64,000 nucleotides of DNA from the human T2T-CHM13v2.0 reference genome, Homo sapiens. Below the pieces are notes generated by a model. It saw only the letters and a program-made list of their open reading frames with translations, searched no databases and was not told where the DNA came from. The stretch lies in assembly GCF_009914755.1 (NCBI RefSeq), contig NC_060934.1; one strand, written 5' to 3'. Each line of letters opens with the position of its first letter. The stretch's first letter is position 1. This document shows positions 63,816 through 64,000 of the stretch, piece after piece. The translations under genes were made by a program, and so were the position numbers.

Positions 63816-64000
63816 ATATTTAAAAAGTGATCATTTTCGTAGCTGTATGAAATACATGATTTTACCTTATATGAAAATTATCTTTTAACACCTCAAATGA
63901 GGTTGCTGACAACATATTTGAATCAAATAAACAAATTACAGTGATCAAGAGGATAAACTTTAAAGGCAAGTGGACAATCACTCAAATTCCTGCTCTGATA

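Overview
Primate (almost certainly human) genomic DNA. It is largely intronic and roughly half to two-thirds retroelement-derived. Two minus-strand coding exons, 48961-49050 and 17943-18029, splice in frame to give ...STYLNEKSLQLTEKCKNLQYGIESFSNKTKG|YSENDYLQIITDIQSCPWKRQAEEYANFR..., which I recognise as the stem region of the alpha-2,8-sialyltransferase ST8SIA6 (exons 3 and 4 as I recall the gene structure). Neither exon appears in the ORF track. Plus-strand splice signals at about 45505 and 57536-57633 fit the antisense lncRNA ST8SIA6-AS1 starting in a reversed LTR. The rest is about 29 Alus, L1/L2/MIR fragments, MaLR/ERV LTRs (THE1, MLT, MER39-like, LTR7 x2, LTR8, LTR18-like, MER31-like), a 6.5-kb MER4 provirus, DNA-transposon fossils and a Y1 RNA pseudogene. 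I found no convincing novel protein-coding system, and almost all listed ORFs are repeat-derived. The most unusual observations are: (1) a ~340-bp direct genomic duplication bracketing the symmetric exon 3; (2) a TE-assembled antisense promoter preceded by an Alu carrying a 4x 20-bp AGGTCA array; (3) a candidate internal promoter and first exon in intron 4; (4) candidate poison or alternative terminal exons; (5) a provirus inserted inside an Alu, with further nesting. Repeat subfamily names come from my recollection of consensus sequences, and coordinates were counted by hand.
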